Source of the DNA: a virus
DNA length: 64,000 bases
Strand: one strand, 5' to 3'
IMG/VR virus record: IMGVR_UViG_3300028840_005911
Location: 96,001 to 160,000 of that record
Part shown: in pieces, positions 1-8,416 of the stretch
How the letters are laid out: the number at the start of each line of letters is the position of its first letter
How positions within the stretch are numbered: the first letter of the stretch is position 1
The notes under the pieces: model-generated
The model's database searches: none
Seen by the model: the letters and a program-made list of their open reading frames with translations, nothing else
Told to the model about the DNA's origin: nothing
Program-made: the position numbers and the translations under genes

Positions 1-175
1 GATCGAGTGTATGGCGGGTGGCTCGGCAGGAAGAGGATGCAAGTTCGGGGTGTCGTGGGTCGGCGAGGACGGGAGTTGGTTGGCAAGGATGTGGGAACGT
101 TGGAAGGTGCGGAAGTACGTCGTATAGTGTGAAAGGAAGAACGACGGCAGGGTAGCGCGCGGGATGGTGAGGAAC

Positions 176-204
176 AGAGAAAGGGGGCTTCATCCCCTTT
201 CTCT
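176..204. terminator. hairpin of the genome-wide terminator-like family
   Basis: AGAGAAAGGGG-GCTTCAT-CCCCTTTCTCT, 11-bp perfect stem; resembles hairpins at 799, 11283, 19777. Confidence 0.55.
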
Positions 205-627
205 TACCCCCACACCAAAATTTTTAGCTATTGGGAGCAACAGGTCTGTTGGGTGTCCCAGGTCTGGTGGATACTATAACCACCGGCCCAATATCCCCAT
301 CACTGAGGATCATCGCCTCATCCAACAGGGCTGTAGGTCTCTATAAATATGGGCCTGAAATTCTTACCTCTGTTCACCAGCACAGGGGTCCGCCTTTGAG
401 ATTTATAGGCATACTTGTGTGCAGTGATAGCTGTCCGCATTATGCCGCTCGTCTGTCCAGAGCCTCTGCGGCTAATTGGCTCTACAGGCTCTATGGGGAA
501 TATTCGGGCTATGGGGCTATGGGCGGGAAAGGGGTGGTACAGCACTGTTGGTGGTATAGGAGATAGTAGGTGATAGGTGGTACAGGGCTGGGTAGGGGGT
601 GAGGGGATTGATGTGAGGTGGACCACT

Positions 628-709
628 GTGTATCTGGTATGGGTGTATGAGGGGGGTACGGGACAAGGACTGTGTATCCTACGGGTGTATGGTTGGTCGG
701 AGGGTGTAT
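628..709. repeat. cluster of five GTGTAT hexamers in a G-skewed non-coding tract
   Basis: GTGTAT at 628, 643, 672, 685, 704. Confidence 0.6.
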
Positions 710-798
710 CCTGTGGCAGAGGGGTTAGATAGCAGGTCATCTTGCACCTATCCGCGCCTCCTCTGCGCGCTTTTCCTTCTGCGGGATGCTGGACATAG

Positions 799-830
799 GT
801 AAAAGAAAGGGTTCAGCCCCTTCCTTTTGC
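799..830. terminator. bidirectional intrinsic terminator
   Basis: GTAAAAGAAAGGGTTCAGCCCCTTCCTTTTGC just downstream of the ORF ending at 836. Confidence 0.7.
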
Positions 831-835
831 GCGCC

Positions 836-1189
836 CTAGAACACCAAGCCTGCGAACACCTGTTCCAGCTTCTCTGCCGACCTCCCTGTAAGCTCTACGT
901 TGCCGCATATCTCACTCCCCTTGACCAGCTCGAACCCGGCCTCACGGAAGCTCTCTTCAAGAGATGCGAGCCTGCCTCTGATATACTGATCGATAACGCC
1001 TGGCTCTACCTTCTCCTCGAACGCCCTCTTGACAGAGCTCTTCTCACCAACTACCTGCTCCTCCCACTCGAGAACCTCCCTGTTTCCGTCATACGCCTTC
1101 AGAACTATCCGACACATTATTGACTCTCTCATAAGATTCCTCCATACCGCCTCATTCGGGAGGCGCACCTCAGATACCATCTCCTTCAT
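836..1189 (-). CDS. hypothetical protein
   Basis: 117-aa ORF in the leftward gene run, followed by a terminator. Confidence 0.65.
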   Translation of the reverse strand: MKEMVSEVRLPNEAVWRNLMRESIMCRIVLKAYDGNREVLEWEEQVVGEKSSVKRAFEEKVEPGVIDQYIRGRLASLEESFREAGFELVKGSEICGNVELTGRSAEKLEQVFAGLVF

Positions 1190-1246
1190 GGCAGCTTACC
1201 AATGAACTTCTCCATCTCCTTTGCCCGCCTATTGAGCTCCTTGAGC

Positions 1247-1549
1247 CTACCTCTCAATTTGGCCTTTGCACCCTTGTGGCTCTCTCGCCCACGCCTTGAC
1301 GAAGGCGACCTCTTGCCAATCCGGGTCATTCTCCTCGTCATCAGGCCCCCAAGAGAAGACTGATGCCTGTTCTATCACCCACCCATCGCGATCAAAGTCA
1401 TACGATACGCGCACGCTGTCCGCAGCGCGGACATCAACCAGAGATACCTCGACGTGCTTGATAGGGTTATGGCGCGGGTAGTACAAATCCACGACCACTG
1501 AGTCTCCAAAATCCATGACCTCTACGTGGTCACCTACCACATGCTCCAT
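1247..1549 (-). CDS. hypothetical protein
   Basis: acidic ORF MEHVVGDHVEVMDF...; start moved to the ATG at 1549. Confidence 0.7.
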   Translation of the reverse strand: MEHVVGDHVEVMDFGDSVVVDLYYPRHNPIKHVEVSLVDVRAADSVRVSYDFDRDGWVIEQASVFSWGPDDEENDPDWQEVAFVKAWAREPQGCKGQIER

Positions 1550-2062
1550 CTGTGCCCTCCTCACCAGTATCATTCCTGTCTGCTTCTCGAGAGTATGCAG
1601 AGACGGGAACAGAGCTCATGTAGCAAGACAGCTCATCGAAGCTGACAGGCCTGAATCCCCAACAGTCTACACCGACATCGCACCGGAGCTTTCCATGTCT
1701 CCTCGTCAAACCGTGACTATGGCCGTGGACATGCCAAGCCCCGCGATTAGAGCTTTCCCAGCTCACCAGAGGGTAATGGCTCAGGACAATACGCTGCCCG
1801 TGAAACTTGAACGAGCGCAGGTCCCACCATCCCTCGAGCTTCTCACCATGCTCCCGTACAAACCTGTTCCACCACCCCATGTCGTGGTTCCCCCTAAACC
1901 AGTGCCAACATCCGGGCAGGTTAGGGAAGTACTTCTCCACGAAGCGGTAGTTCATCGCGAAGTCACCCACGTAGAATACCCGATCCTTCTTTTTGACCAC
2001 GGAGCAGAACTGCTCAACGACCACGGCGTCCATCTCGTCCACCGACTCGAATGGCCTGTGTT
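1530..2062 (-). pseudogene. calcineurin-like metallophosphoesterase, 5'-truncated
   Basis: GDFA, GNHD, SHYP, HGHSH, DVGVD motifs; frame continues upstream as ..QHRPFESVDEMD then hits TGA with no D-x-H first motif or proper start. Confidence 0.65.
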
Positions 2063-2120
2063 GGAGGAAACACTCTCCCGTAATGGTGCCACACCCCGAA
2101 CAGCTTACACCACCAGTCCT

Positions 2121-2360
2121 TCATGTCCCTATGGCTCCTTCGGCTTTATCGCGGATGAGCTCAAGGAACATCATCCTTTCCTTTGCCGGCCCGGCTATCC
2201 CGCACATCGCATCCTCGAGAATGAGGCGCATGTCCCTCTCGAGTTTCTCGACGCGGGCGCGGAGGGTGCGGTTCTGTTCTTTCAACCTGAGACGACCGCA
2301 CTCCGAACACTCATGCGTTGAATTGATATTTATCAATCTGCCACATGCGCAGTATCCCAT
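2121..2360 (-). CDS. small Zn-binding/coiled-coil protein
   Basis: CxCG...CxxC followed by a heptad-like stretch; RBS from the junction repeat. Confidence 0.65.
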   Translation of the reverse strand: MGYCACGRLININSTHECSECGRLRLKEQNRTLRARVEKLERDMRLILEDAMCGIAGPAKERMMFLELIRDKAEGAIGT

Positions 2361-2361
2361 C

Positions 2362-2547
2362 TCACTCCTCCCTCGCCGCGCGTTCTATACGCAGGCAGAT
2401 ATCGCAACACTCGTTTTCGGGCGGCCTGTCTCCATCAATCATTGCAGTTTTGGGAGCATGGATGAATCGACCACATACTGTGCGACTATTGCACATGCCT
2501 TTTAGGTGCCATTTTGTTCTGCGTCCATTTGCTTTGGTCCATTCCAT
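2362..2547 (-). CDS. small Cys/His protein ending RAAREE
   Basis: 61-aa ORF bounded by junction repeats; H..CG..CxxC. Confidence 0.7.
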   Translation of the reverse strand: MEWTKANGRRTKWHLKGMCNSRTVCGRFIHAPKTAMIDGDRPPENECCDICLRIERAAREE

Positions 2548-2775
2548 TTAACTCCCCTCCCTCGCCGCTCGATACTTGTTGCGGCACTCGGTGCATCCAT
2601 TTTTCTGCAGATGCCACTCGGTAATCGGGACATCAATATCCCATGAGACGATCTTGTTGCACAATGACATGGTGTCTGCGCCACCACCAAGCCTACGGCC
2701 ACGATCCGTTAGCGGTCTGATATGCCACACGCCGCCAGGCATTGCTACTGATGTCTCGCAGAAAGAATATTCCAT
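2548..2775 (-). CDS. small Cys/His protein ending RAAREGS
   Basis: 75-aa ORF bounded by junction repeats; WH..LC..CxxC. Confidence 0.7.
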   Translation of the reverse strand: MEYSFCETSVAMPGGVWHIRPLTDRGRRLGGGADTMSLCNKIVSWDIDVPITEWHLQKNGCTECRNKYRAAREGS

Positions 2776-2776
2776 C

Positions 2777-2974
2777 TCACTCCTCCCTCGCCGCGCGTTT
2801 GGCTACCATGTTCCAGGCGTCAACAGCTACGGTTTTTCTGTCATCAGATGGGCCGCGAGCACCACAATCAATCGGGTTGCCACACACCACATACCATTCA
2901 TAGTCAAAGCTGTTCTGGTCAACGTCGGCCGGGTTTCCACAGTATGGACACGGTGCTGGTTTCTGGTCGCTCAC
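2777..2974 (-). CDS. Lar-family (restriction alleviation)-like Zn ribbon
   Basis: PCPYCG...VVCG...CGARGP...AWN pattern; GTG start at 2974 after the repeat RBS. Confidence 0.65.
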   Translation of the reverse strand: MSDQKPAPCPYCGNPADVDQNSFDYEWYVVCGNPIDCGARGPSDDRKTVAVDAWNMVAKRAAREE

Positions 2975-3150
2975 TTCCCTACCTCCCTCGCCGCGTCTGG
3001 ACCGTCGAGTACTTTGCATAGATAAACTTCAGTCCAGTGCTGCCGAATGCTCTCGTGTAAAGCCTTCGCCATATCGTAATCATCATGCGGGTACACCTGT
3101 GGCTGACAGGTGCTGTCTCCGATGAATACAATCAGGTACTTGATGTTCAT
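2971..3150 (-). CDS. 59-aa protein ending DAAREVGK (below ORF-track cut-off)
   Basis: manual translation MNIKYLIVFIGDSTCQPQVYPHDDYDMAKALHESIRQHWTEVYLCKVLDGPDAAREVGK; 4-nt overlaps on both sides. Confidence 0.75.
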   Translation of the reverse strand: MNIKYLIVFIGDSTCQPQVYPHDDYDMAKALHESIRQHWTEVYLCKVLDGPDAAREVGK

Positions 3151-3353
3151 GTTGTCTTCCCCTCCCTCGCCGCGCGTTTGGCAAAAGACAGCGCTTCATC
3201 GAGTGTTCTTATCCCGGCATCATGCATCTCGCGTAACTGCGGAGCAGCCGAACCAAACGGAAAGCATGTGGCGCTCCACAGCAAATCGTTCTTCTCTTGT
3301 TGGGTCAAGTGCGGAAAATATTTGTCCAGAGAATCTTGGCACTCTTTACACAT
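3147..3353 (-). CDS. small protein ending RAAREGKTT
   Basis: 68-aa ORF bounded by junction repeats. Confidence 0.7.
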   Translation of the reverse strand: MCKECQDSLDKYFPHLTQQEKNDLLWSATCFPFGSAAPQLREMHDAGIRTLDEALSFAKRAAREGKTT

Positions 3354-3924
3354 TACTGCCCTCCCTCGCCGCGTGGACGGCGGCCTCGATCTCGGCCCAC
3401 GTGAAATGCTTGCGCACGATCCGCGCGTGCTCGATGTGTGCTGCCTCGGCTGCCCTGACCACCCTGGCAGCCTGGGCTACCTCGGCCTCCCCGGCCGCCA
3501 AGGCTGCCCTGACCGCTGCCTTGGCTGTCTCGGCTGTCCCGACTGCCTTGGCGGCCCAGTACGCTGCCTCGGCCGCCAAGGCTGCCCTGACCGCTGCCCT
3601 GGCTCTCCTGGCTACCTCGGCTCGCTTGTCGTCGCTCGCATCACCGCGCGCCCATGCCTCGATGAACACGAGCGCGTCACGTGACTCACGCGGCATCCAC
3701 TCCCACGCGGTGCGCGCGAGTTCGCACGCCAGTGCCGTGCGCCTGCGCTCGTCTGTGATTACGATGTCCACCAGCCAGGCCGACCACTCACCACGCGGGC
3801 ACGCGCGCCAGAGTTTAGACGGGCTCAGCGTTGGATTCTCGCGGATCCATGTCATGGCAGAGTCTGGGCCGTGATCACATGCCCTGTGCTCGACCAAGAA
3901 TCGTATCAGGTCATCTCGTCTCAT
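3346..3924 (-). CDS. Ala-rich Imm5-like phage protein
   Basis: LACELARTA...EAWARG followed by an internally repeated Ala-rich tract; ends HAAREGSNV. Confidence 0.55.
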   Translation of the reverse strand: MRRDDLIRFLVEHRACDHGPDSAMTWIRENPTLSPSKLWRACPRGEWSAWLVDIVITDERRRTALACELARTAWEWMPRESRDALVFIEAWARGDASDDKRAEVARRARAAVRAALAAEAAYWAAKAVGTAETAKAAVRAALAAGEAEVAQAARVVRAAEAAHIEHARIVRKHFTWAEIEAAVHAAREGSNV

Positions 3925-4006
3925 CTATCTTCCCGCACATGAACACTGGTCCATCTGTCGAATCCTTTCCGCATCAACCCACATCCTGTAGGATAGCGCC
4001 ATTTCG

Positions 4007-4189
4007 CTATTCCCCCTCATCGCTTCTCCTCTCGATATCGTCGCATTCTGCGCAAAGGTCTCTGCCCTTCTTGAAAAACCATCCTTCCTTGCGCGCTTCC
4101 TTACGAGCTTTTTGGACGGTGCTGACGCTGTACTGAACCCACCGCTCGCATCTGTCACACCATATCGTTATCTGTTTGGAGCAGCTCAT
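4007..4189 (-). CDS. small Zn-finger protein
   Basis: CDRC...ARKEGW...DLCAEC. Confidence 0.65.
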   Translation of the reverse strand: MSCSKQITIWCDRCERWVQYSVSTVQKARKEARKEGWFFKKGRDLCAECDDIERRSDEGE

Positions 4190-4248
4190 GGCTTACCCTC
4201 CAGGGCGGCTATCTTACCGAGCAGGCCTGTCTCATGGTAGTTCATGCT

Positions 4249-4578
4249 TCACCCCTGCATAGCCAAGGACAAGGATTTGATAGCTTCCCCCAAGGCCTTG
4301 CGCTTCTTAGGTCCGTATTCTTCCAAGATCTCCGGCCTCCCATCGGCCAGCGCCCTATCCCAATCATCGATAGCCCCCACTAGACCCAGCAGCTTCTCGT
4401 ACAGATCTGGGGCCGCAGTTATCAGTCTGGCATCCTCCAGACGTTCCACAGATGCAATCACCCTCGGGCGGGAGGACGGGGTATTGCCAGTGGTTAGATA
4501 GGCGTAGTCCCCGCCAAGTACGTAGTACTTACCGTCCCCTTCTTTTATAGTCCAGGGTCCATCCTCGTATCCGCTCAT
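4249..4578 (-). CDS. conserved phage protein (GPW...ARLITAAPDL type)
   Basis: motif common in phage accessory genes. Confidence 0.65.
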   Translation of the reverse strand: MSGYEDGPWTIKEGDGKYYVLGGDYAYLTTGNTPSSRPRVIASVERLEDARLITAAPDLYEKLLGLVGAIDDWDRALADGRPEILEEYGPKKRKALGEAIKSLSLAMQG

Positions 4579-5006
4579 AACGAGGTACCATCGGTTCTAA
4601 CGGTCTCGATGTAGGGACTCGGCGGTCTACAGAATCCGCACCTGTCTGACCATGGCGCATTACCGCATTTGCAGACAGGGCACATCCACCCTTGAGCCGG
4701 CTTCTCCCCGTAGAGTTTCTCCCCCAGACTGTCGAGTTTCTTAACCAGAGGGTTTTCAGGGCAATTCCAGTCATGGCTTTCGTCGGTATTACTGCACCTG
4801 CATGTACTCATCCTGGTCTCCAATTCCTCGATCTTCTTGTCTCTGCTCGAGAGGGCTCTCTCGCGGTCGTAGACGCTGTTATCGCGCATCTCCTCAAACT
4901 CCTCGACTCTCTTTCTTAGAGCCCTGTTCTCGTCCTCGAGCTTGTATATCTTCTTACGCTGTGCTGCCAGCTCGTCCTGAGCAAGTCTAAGGTCTTGAGT
5001 TACCAT
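4575..5006 (-). CDS. coiled-coil protein with C-terminal Zn ribbon
   Basis: heptad N-half; GWMCPVCKCG..PW..RC. Confidence 0.65.
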   Translation of the reverse strand: MVTQDLRLAQDELAAQRKKIYKLEDENRALRKRVEEFEEMRDNSVYDRERALSSRDKKIEELETRMSTCRCSNTDESHDWNCPENPLVKKLDSLGEKLYGEKPAQGWMCPVCKCGNAPWSDRCGFCRPPSPYIETVRTDGTSL

Positions 5007-5206
5007 CGCACAGGCTTCCTGCACGCACGGATGGCATCCTCAACCTCGTATAGGTATAGGACCATCTCTTTATCCTCAAACTCGATGCGTATCAGCGTAT
5101 TCGGGGCTTCAGGGTCTCTTTTGAACACCATACGTGGTCCTGTCACATCGTCAACTTCCTCCCCATTAATGGACAGGATGCTGACCCCGGATTTCACTTC
5201 TATCAT
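5000..5206 (-). CDS. hypothetical protein
   Basis: MIEVKSG...; start moved to 5206. Confidence 0.55.
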   Translation of the reverse strand: MIEVKSGVSILSINGEEVDDVTGPRMVFKRDPEAPNTLIRIEFEDKEMVLYLYEVEDAIRACRKPVRW

Positions 5207-5357
5207 ATCCTCTTTCCCTCCATATCTCTTTGATGAGGTCCTCAAGGGGCGTTGTTTCATCGAGAACGTAAGCTTCTCCTTCACACCAGTCGCAGGTCAG
5301 GGCCTCCTTATCGCCCTCCCACTCATGGTGGCACTCTTTGCAGTGGTATAGCGGCAT
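5166..5357 (-). CDS. small Zn-ribbon protein
   Basis: MPLYHCKECHHEWE...CDWC; GGAGG RBS. Confidence 0.6.
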   Translation of the reverse strand: MPLYHCKECHHEWEGDKEALTCDWCEGEAYVLDETTPLEDLIKEIWRERGYDRSEIRGQHPVH

Positions 5358-5369
5358 GTTTGCCCCCTC

Positions 5370-5897
5370 CTAAAAGCGCTTGTCGCCCGGCATGGGCTGA
5401 CCCTTTCTCTTCTCCTTCAGAATCTTCAAAATCTCCGAATCCTCCTCTTCCTTGATTTCTTTGACCCTCAAGTCATGGATGTCATCGTAGACGTCTGGGC
5501 TATGGTGAGGCCCTTCAGTATCCTTATGACGGATTTTCAGCGCAGATTCACCGTAGGGCCCTCCCTTCTTGTGCGGATGGACATAGCCCAGGTCCTTCTT
5601 CTTGCCGCTCCCGTCTACAAGGAACCCGGCACGGGGATCTACCTTCTCAAGGGTCTTGCCCTCGTCGTTCATGAGGTAACCCATCGTATTGAACTGTGCG
5701 ACGACCAGGTCCTTGCCGGAAGGGGTGTACCTGATAGCACTGACCTGAGCGAATTTCTGCTCCCTGTCAAGATCATTGATGTCAAGATTGAGATGTGGAG
5801 GGTCCTCCACCAGATCCTTGTCCGTCAGCACCGTGACCTTGGAAAGGTTGTCGAGGTAATGCCACGAGCCATTGGGGTTCTGCACCTTCAGAATCAT
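5370..5897 (-). CDS. hypothetical protein
   Basis: 175-aa ORF with GGAGG RBS, first gene of the leftward run. Confidence 0.7.
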   Translation of the reverse strand: MILKVQNPNGSWHYLDNLSKVTVLTDKDLVEDPPHLNLDINDLDREQKFAQVSAIRYTPSGKDLVVAQFNTMGYLMNDEGKTLEKVDPRAGFLVDGSGKKKDLGYVHPHKKGGPYGESALKIRHKDTEGPHHSPDVYDDIHDLRVKEIKEEEDSEILKILKEKRKGQPMPGDKRF

Positions 5898-5983
5898 GTC
5901 TGCCTCCTGTGTCTAGTTGTCTATCTACCTAACTGCCTGGCAGAGATGGTACCATCGACGCTGGCCATTTTCAAAAGATTTAC

Positions 5984-5993
5984 GATATAAGAA
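5984..5993 (+). promoter_or_regulatory. variant of the GGTATAAGAA promoter motif
   Basis: GATATAAGAA in the divergent intergenic region upstream of the rightward run. Confidence 0.45.
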
Positions 5994-6029
5994 TTGTGTA
6001 GGAAAGTCTTACTCAAGGAGGGATCTATC

Positions 6030-6308
6030 ATGGGTATGTACGATACGGTTTACTACCACTGCGGGGCCTGTCACAGCAGCATAGAGGTACAGTCGAAGGC
6101 AGGGGAGTGCGGACTCAGGAAGTACAAGAGCAACGACGTGCCCGTGGAAATCGCGGCATCCATCAACGGGAAAGCGGTGGAGTGCGAGGAGTGCGGCGCG
6201 GAGTGGGAAGTGAGGGCCCTCGTATCCACAATGGTGCCAACGATGTTGGTACCCCACGAGCCCGATCTCTACAACGAGTACGACTACGAGATCGAGGAGG
6301 ACTTCTAA
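6030..6308 (+). CDS. conserved phage Zn-binding protein
   Basis: MGMYDTV..CGAC...QSKAG.C; AAGGAGG RBS. Confidence 0.7.
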   Translation: MGMYDTVYYHCGACHSSIEVQSKAGECGLRKYKSNDVPVEIAASINGKAVECEECGAEWEVRALVSTMVPTMLVPHEPDLYNEYDYEIEEDF

Positions 6309-6481
6309 TGAACCAGTACAACCCACCAAGCACAAAGTGCCCGTACTGTGGGCGCACCGACTGCGGCGTAAGCTCACCGCCATATAGCCACGACCCCTAC
6401 TGGACCTTCTACTGTACCTGCAACGGCAGCCGTAAGGAGTTCAAGACGGACTCAAGCGGTAACGTGGTATGGGACCACTGA
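6308..6481 (+). CDS. 57-aa Cys-rich protein
   Basis: TAATG overlap; KCPYCG...YCTC. Confidence 0.6.
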   Translation: MNQYNPPSTKCPYCGRTDCGVSSPPYSHDPYWTFYCTCNGSRKEFKTDSSGNVVWDH

Positions 6482-6482
6482 G

Positions 6483-6671
6483 GTGTCGGAACACGGATGG
6501 TACTGCCCTGATTGCGGAGCGTGGTGCCACTGGATGGAACCTAGATGCTGGGGGTGCGGGTTCGTGAACGACTACACCCCGCAACCACTGCCCAGGAGAT
6601 ATTACGATGATGAACGACCAAGACGAGATTCTTCTCGAGAAGATCGACAAGCTGGAAAAAGAGAACGCTGA
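6483..6671 (+). CDS. small Zn-ribbon protein
   Basis: WYCPDCG...CWGC. Confidence 0.5.
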   Translation: MSEHGWYCPDCGAWCHWMEPRCWGCGFVNDYTPQPLPRRYYDDERPRRDSSREDRQAGKRER

Positions 6672-7086
6672 GCTGAAGAGGAAGCTCAAAAAGAAGACGC
6701 GGCCCCTGCTCAACTTCAAGGCCTTCGGCAAGTCCGTGAGTGACAGTGAGTGGTGGCTTTTTCCAGGTCTCCCACTCGCGATGATAGTGGTAGCTGCACT
6801 GGTGGTCATCGCTTCAGACGTGCAGAACGCGAAAAGTGTGTCCGCAACCTGCGGGTCAGCTGGTGACTTCTACGTAGTAGGGTGTCGTTACCACGAGGGG
6901 GAATTCAGGGTAATGAGGAAAGTGGCCGGGGGAGACGACGCGAAATACACCAAGTGCGTGAGTTACGTAGAGGCACACGCACTGTTGAAAGGGATTGACC
7001 AGATTCACGAGGAGGAACGCCGTGAAGGAAGCGAGAGAGCTCGACAAGATGCTCGAGGTCAAGGAGAAGTCGCAGACAATAGGTGA
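6607..7086 (+). CDS. membrane-anchored hypothetical protein
   Basis: coiled coil then one hydrophobic segment. Confidence 0.6.
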   Translation: MMNDQDEILLEKIDKLEKENAELKRKLKKKTRPLLNFKAFGKSVSDSEWWLFPGLPLAMIVVAALVVIASDVQNAKSVSATCGSAGDFYVVGCRYHEGEFRVMRKVAGGDDAKYTKCVSYVEAHALLKGIDQIHEEERREGSERARQDARGQGEVADNR

Positions 7087-7187
7087 GTTCCTCGAGTGGC
7101 TCAGGGACACAAGGGGTCTGGCCCCGAAGATGAAGAGAAACTGCCCCGAGTGCTGGAAAGAGTACTACCTGGGATTGGGAGAGTGAC

Positions 7188-7538
7188 ATGGTAGATCAAG
7201 AATGGGAGCCGCCTTCAACCAAAGAGCAGATCGAGAAGGTGCTGAAGGATTACGACATCGAGTTCCTGGACAGTCTCACAGAGTTCAGCGATAGGCTCTA
7301 CGATGAGGTCTGTGGACTGGAGTCATTCGACCTGAGTGAGCTGGCAAACATCATTACCGACTACAAGCTGACCAGGAAGCAGGTCTACGACAAGACGGAT
7401 GTTGCCGTCAACGAGATCCCGCAGCTACCTCAGGTTCAGTACGACACAGCTTCTCAGCTCCGCCAGGCGGCCGATGCCGCCAACAAGCTGGGACTCTACG
7501 ACGCGGCAGACGTCATAAAGGACTGCATAAAGAGATGA
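7188..7538 (+). CDS. hypothetical protein
   Basis: 116-aa ORF in the rightward run. Confidence 0.65.
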   Translation: MVDQEWEPPSTKEQIEKVLKDYDIEFLDSLTEFSDRLYDEVCGLESFDLSELANIITDYKLTRKQVYDKTDVAVNEIPQLPQVQYDTASQLRQAADAANKLGLYDAADVIKDCIKR

Positions 7539-7778
7539 GCTCATCCAAAGTACTGCGCCTAGACTACCCGGGGGTATCCTCCGATTGACATCTCGCTGAT
7601 GATGTCCCACAAAGGGTACGTCGTACTTGGTATCGAGCGTGGCAAGAATGGATACGCCTTTGAAATCACCCCGGCCGGCAGGAAGGCCTATCTCCAGGAG
7701 TTCGAGCCCTATAACGAGGACGAGCCGATCGTGGTAGCAAGGATGCCAGAAAAGGAAGGTACCGAGAATGGTGTGTAA
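7535..7778 (+). pseudogene. small gene apparently frameshifted at a G5 run
   Basis: ATGA-coupled start stops at codon 18; removing one G at 7570-7574 joins an open frame to 7778. Confidence 0.4.
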
Positions 7779-8220
7779 AGACCCGAACCACATGGAAGAG
7801 CCCGTCCTCTGTACTGGATGCGGTGAATGGGCGGAACTCACAGAGTGCCGTAGATGCGATTATTGCGAACAGATGTACTGCAAAGAATGCTTCGTCATCG
7901 AGCCTTGTCTCTGTAAGGAGTGCGAGGAAATAAGAATAGAGGAAGGTGAGGAGATGGAAGACGACATCGCGATCATCTGCCCACACTGTAAACACAACCA
8001 CCATGTTACAGCCGTCGACCTTCCCTTGTACGTGGATGAATATGCACAATTCGATTGCGAGGGGTGCAAGAGGGTCTTCGAAGTCGCCGCTGAGCTCAGC
8101 GTCATATGGTACACAAGACCGATGCAGGAGAAAACCATGGGCGAGCTCAAGAAGGTCGAGCAGCAGATCGAGGAATCCAAGAAGCTGCGTGGCAGGCTCA
8201 AAGAGAAGTACGGACTGTAG
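7768..8220 (+). CDS. multi-Zn-finger protein
   Basis: several CxxC pairs plus a coiled-coil tail. Confidence 0.65.
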   Translation: MVCKDPNHMEEPVLCTGCGEWAELTECRRCDYCEQMYCKECFVIEPCLCKECEEIRIEEGEEMEDDIAIICPHCKHNHHVTAVDLPLYVDEYAQFDCEGCKRVFEVAAELSVIWYTRPMQEKTMGELKKVEQQIEESKKLRGRLKEKYGL

Positions 8221-8221
8221 C

Positions 8222-8416
8222 ATGGCTGAAAAATGTCCACACTGTAACGGTACCGGGTACACAGACGGTGTGAAGAGGTACAGTAGCATCTGGGAGTTCT
8301 ACGCTGAGATGCGGCCCAACTACCTGAAGAAGCTCATAGAAGATGGGCAGAAGAAGTTTCTTCAGGTGATTGGGATCAAGCCGGTTAAAGAGCCCAGGAA
8401 AGGAGAACGGCAGTGA
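8222..8416 (+). CDS. small protein with CPHCNGTG motif
   Basis: ATG at 8222; DnaJ-type CxxCxGxG half motif. Confidence 0.6.
   Translation: MAEKCPHCNGTGYTDGVKRYSSIWEFYAEMRPNYLKKLIEDGQKKFLQVIGIKPVKEPRKGERQ

Larger units (their letters stand above)
2357..3373 (-). repeat. six gene-junction repeats, core (C)GCGGCGAGGGAGG
   Basis: plus-strand CCTCCCTCGCCGC(G) at 2367, 2556, 2782, 2982, 3161, 3360; 28-bp identity between 2357-2384 and 2772-2799. Confidence 0.95.

Noticed and set aside
2357-3373. CRISPR array or integron attC interpretation of the six repeats
   Set aside because: Core is only 13-14 bp and non-palindromic, the intervening DNA is ~180-225 bp of coding sequence, and no cas or integrase gene is present in the window
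3460-3620. Duplicated ~28-bp segments as a DGR template/variable repeat
   Set aside because: In-frame Ala-rich internal repeats of one ORF; no A-specific mismatch pattern noticed and no reverse transcriptase seen
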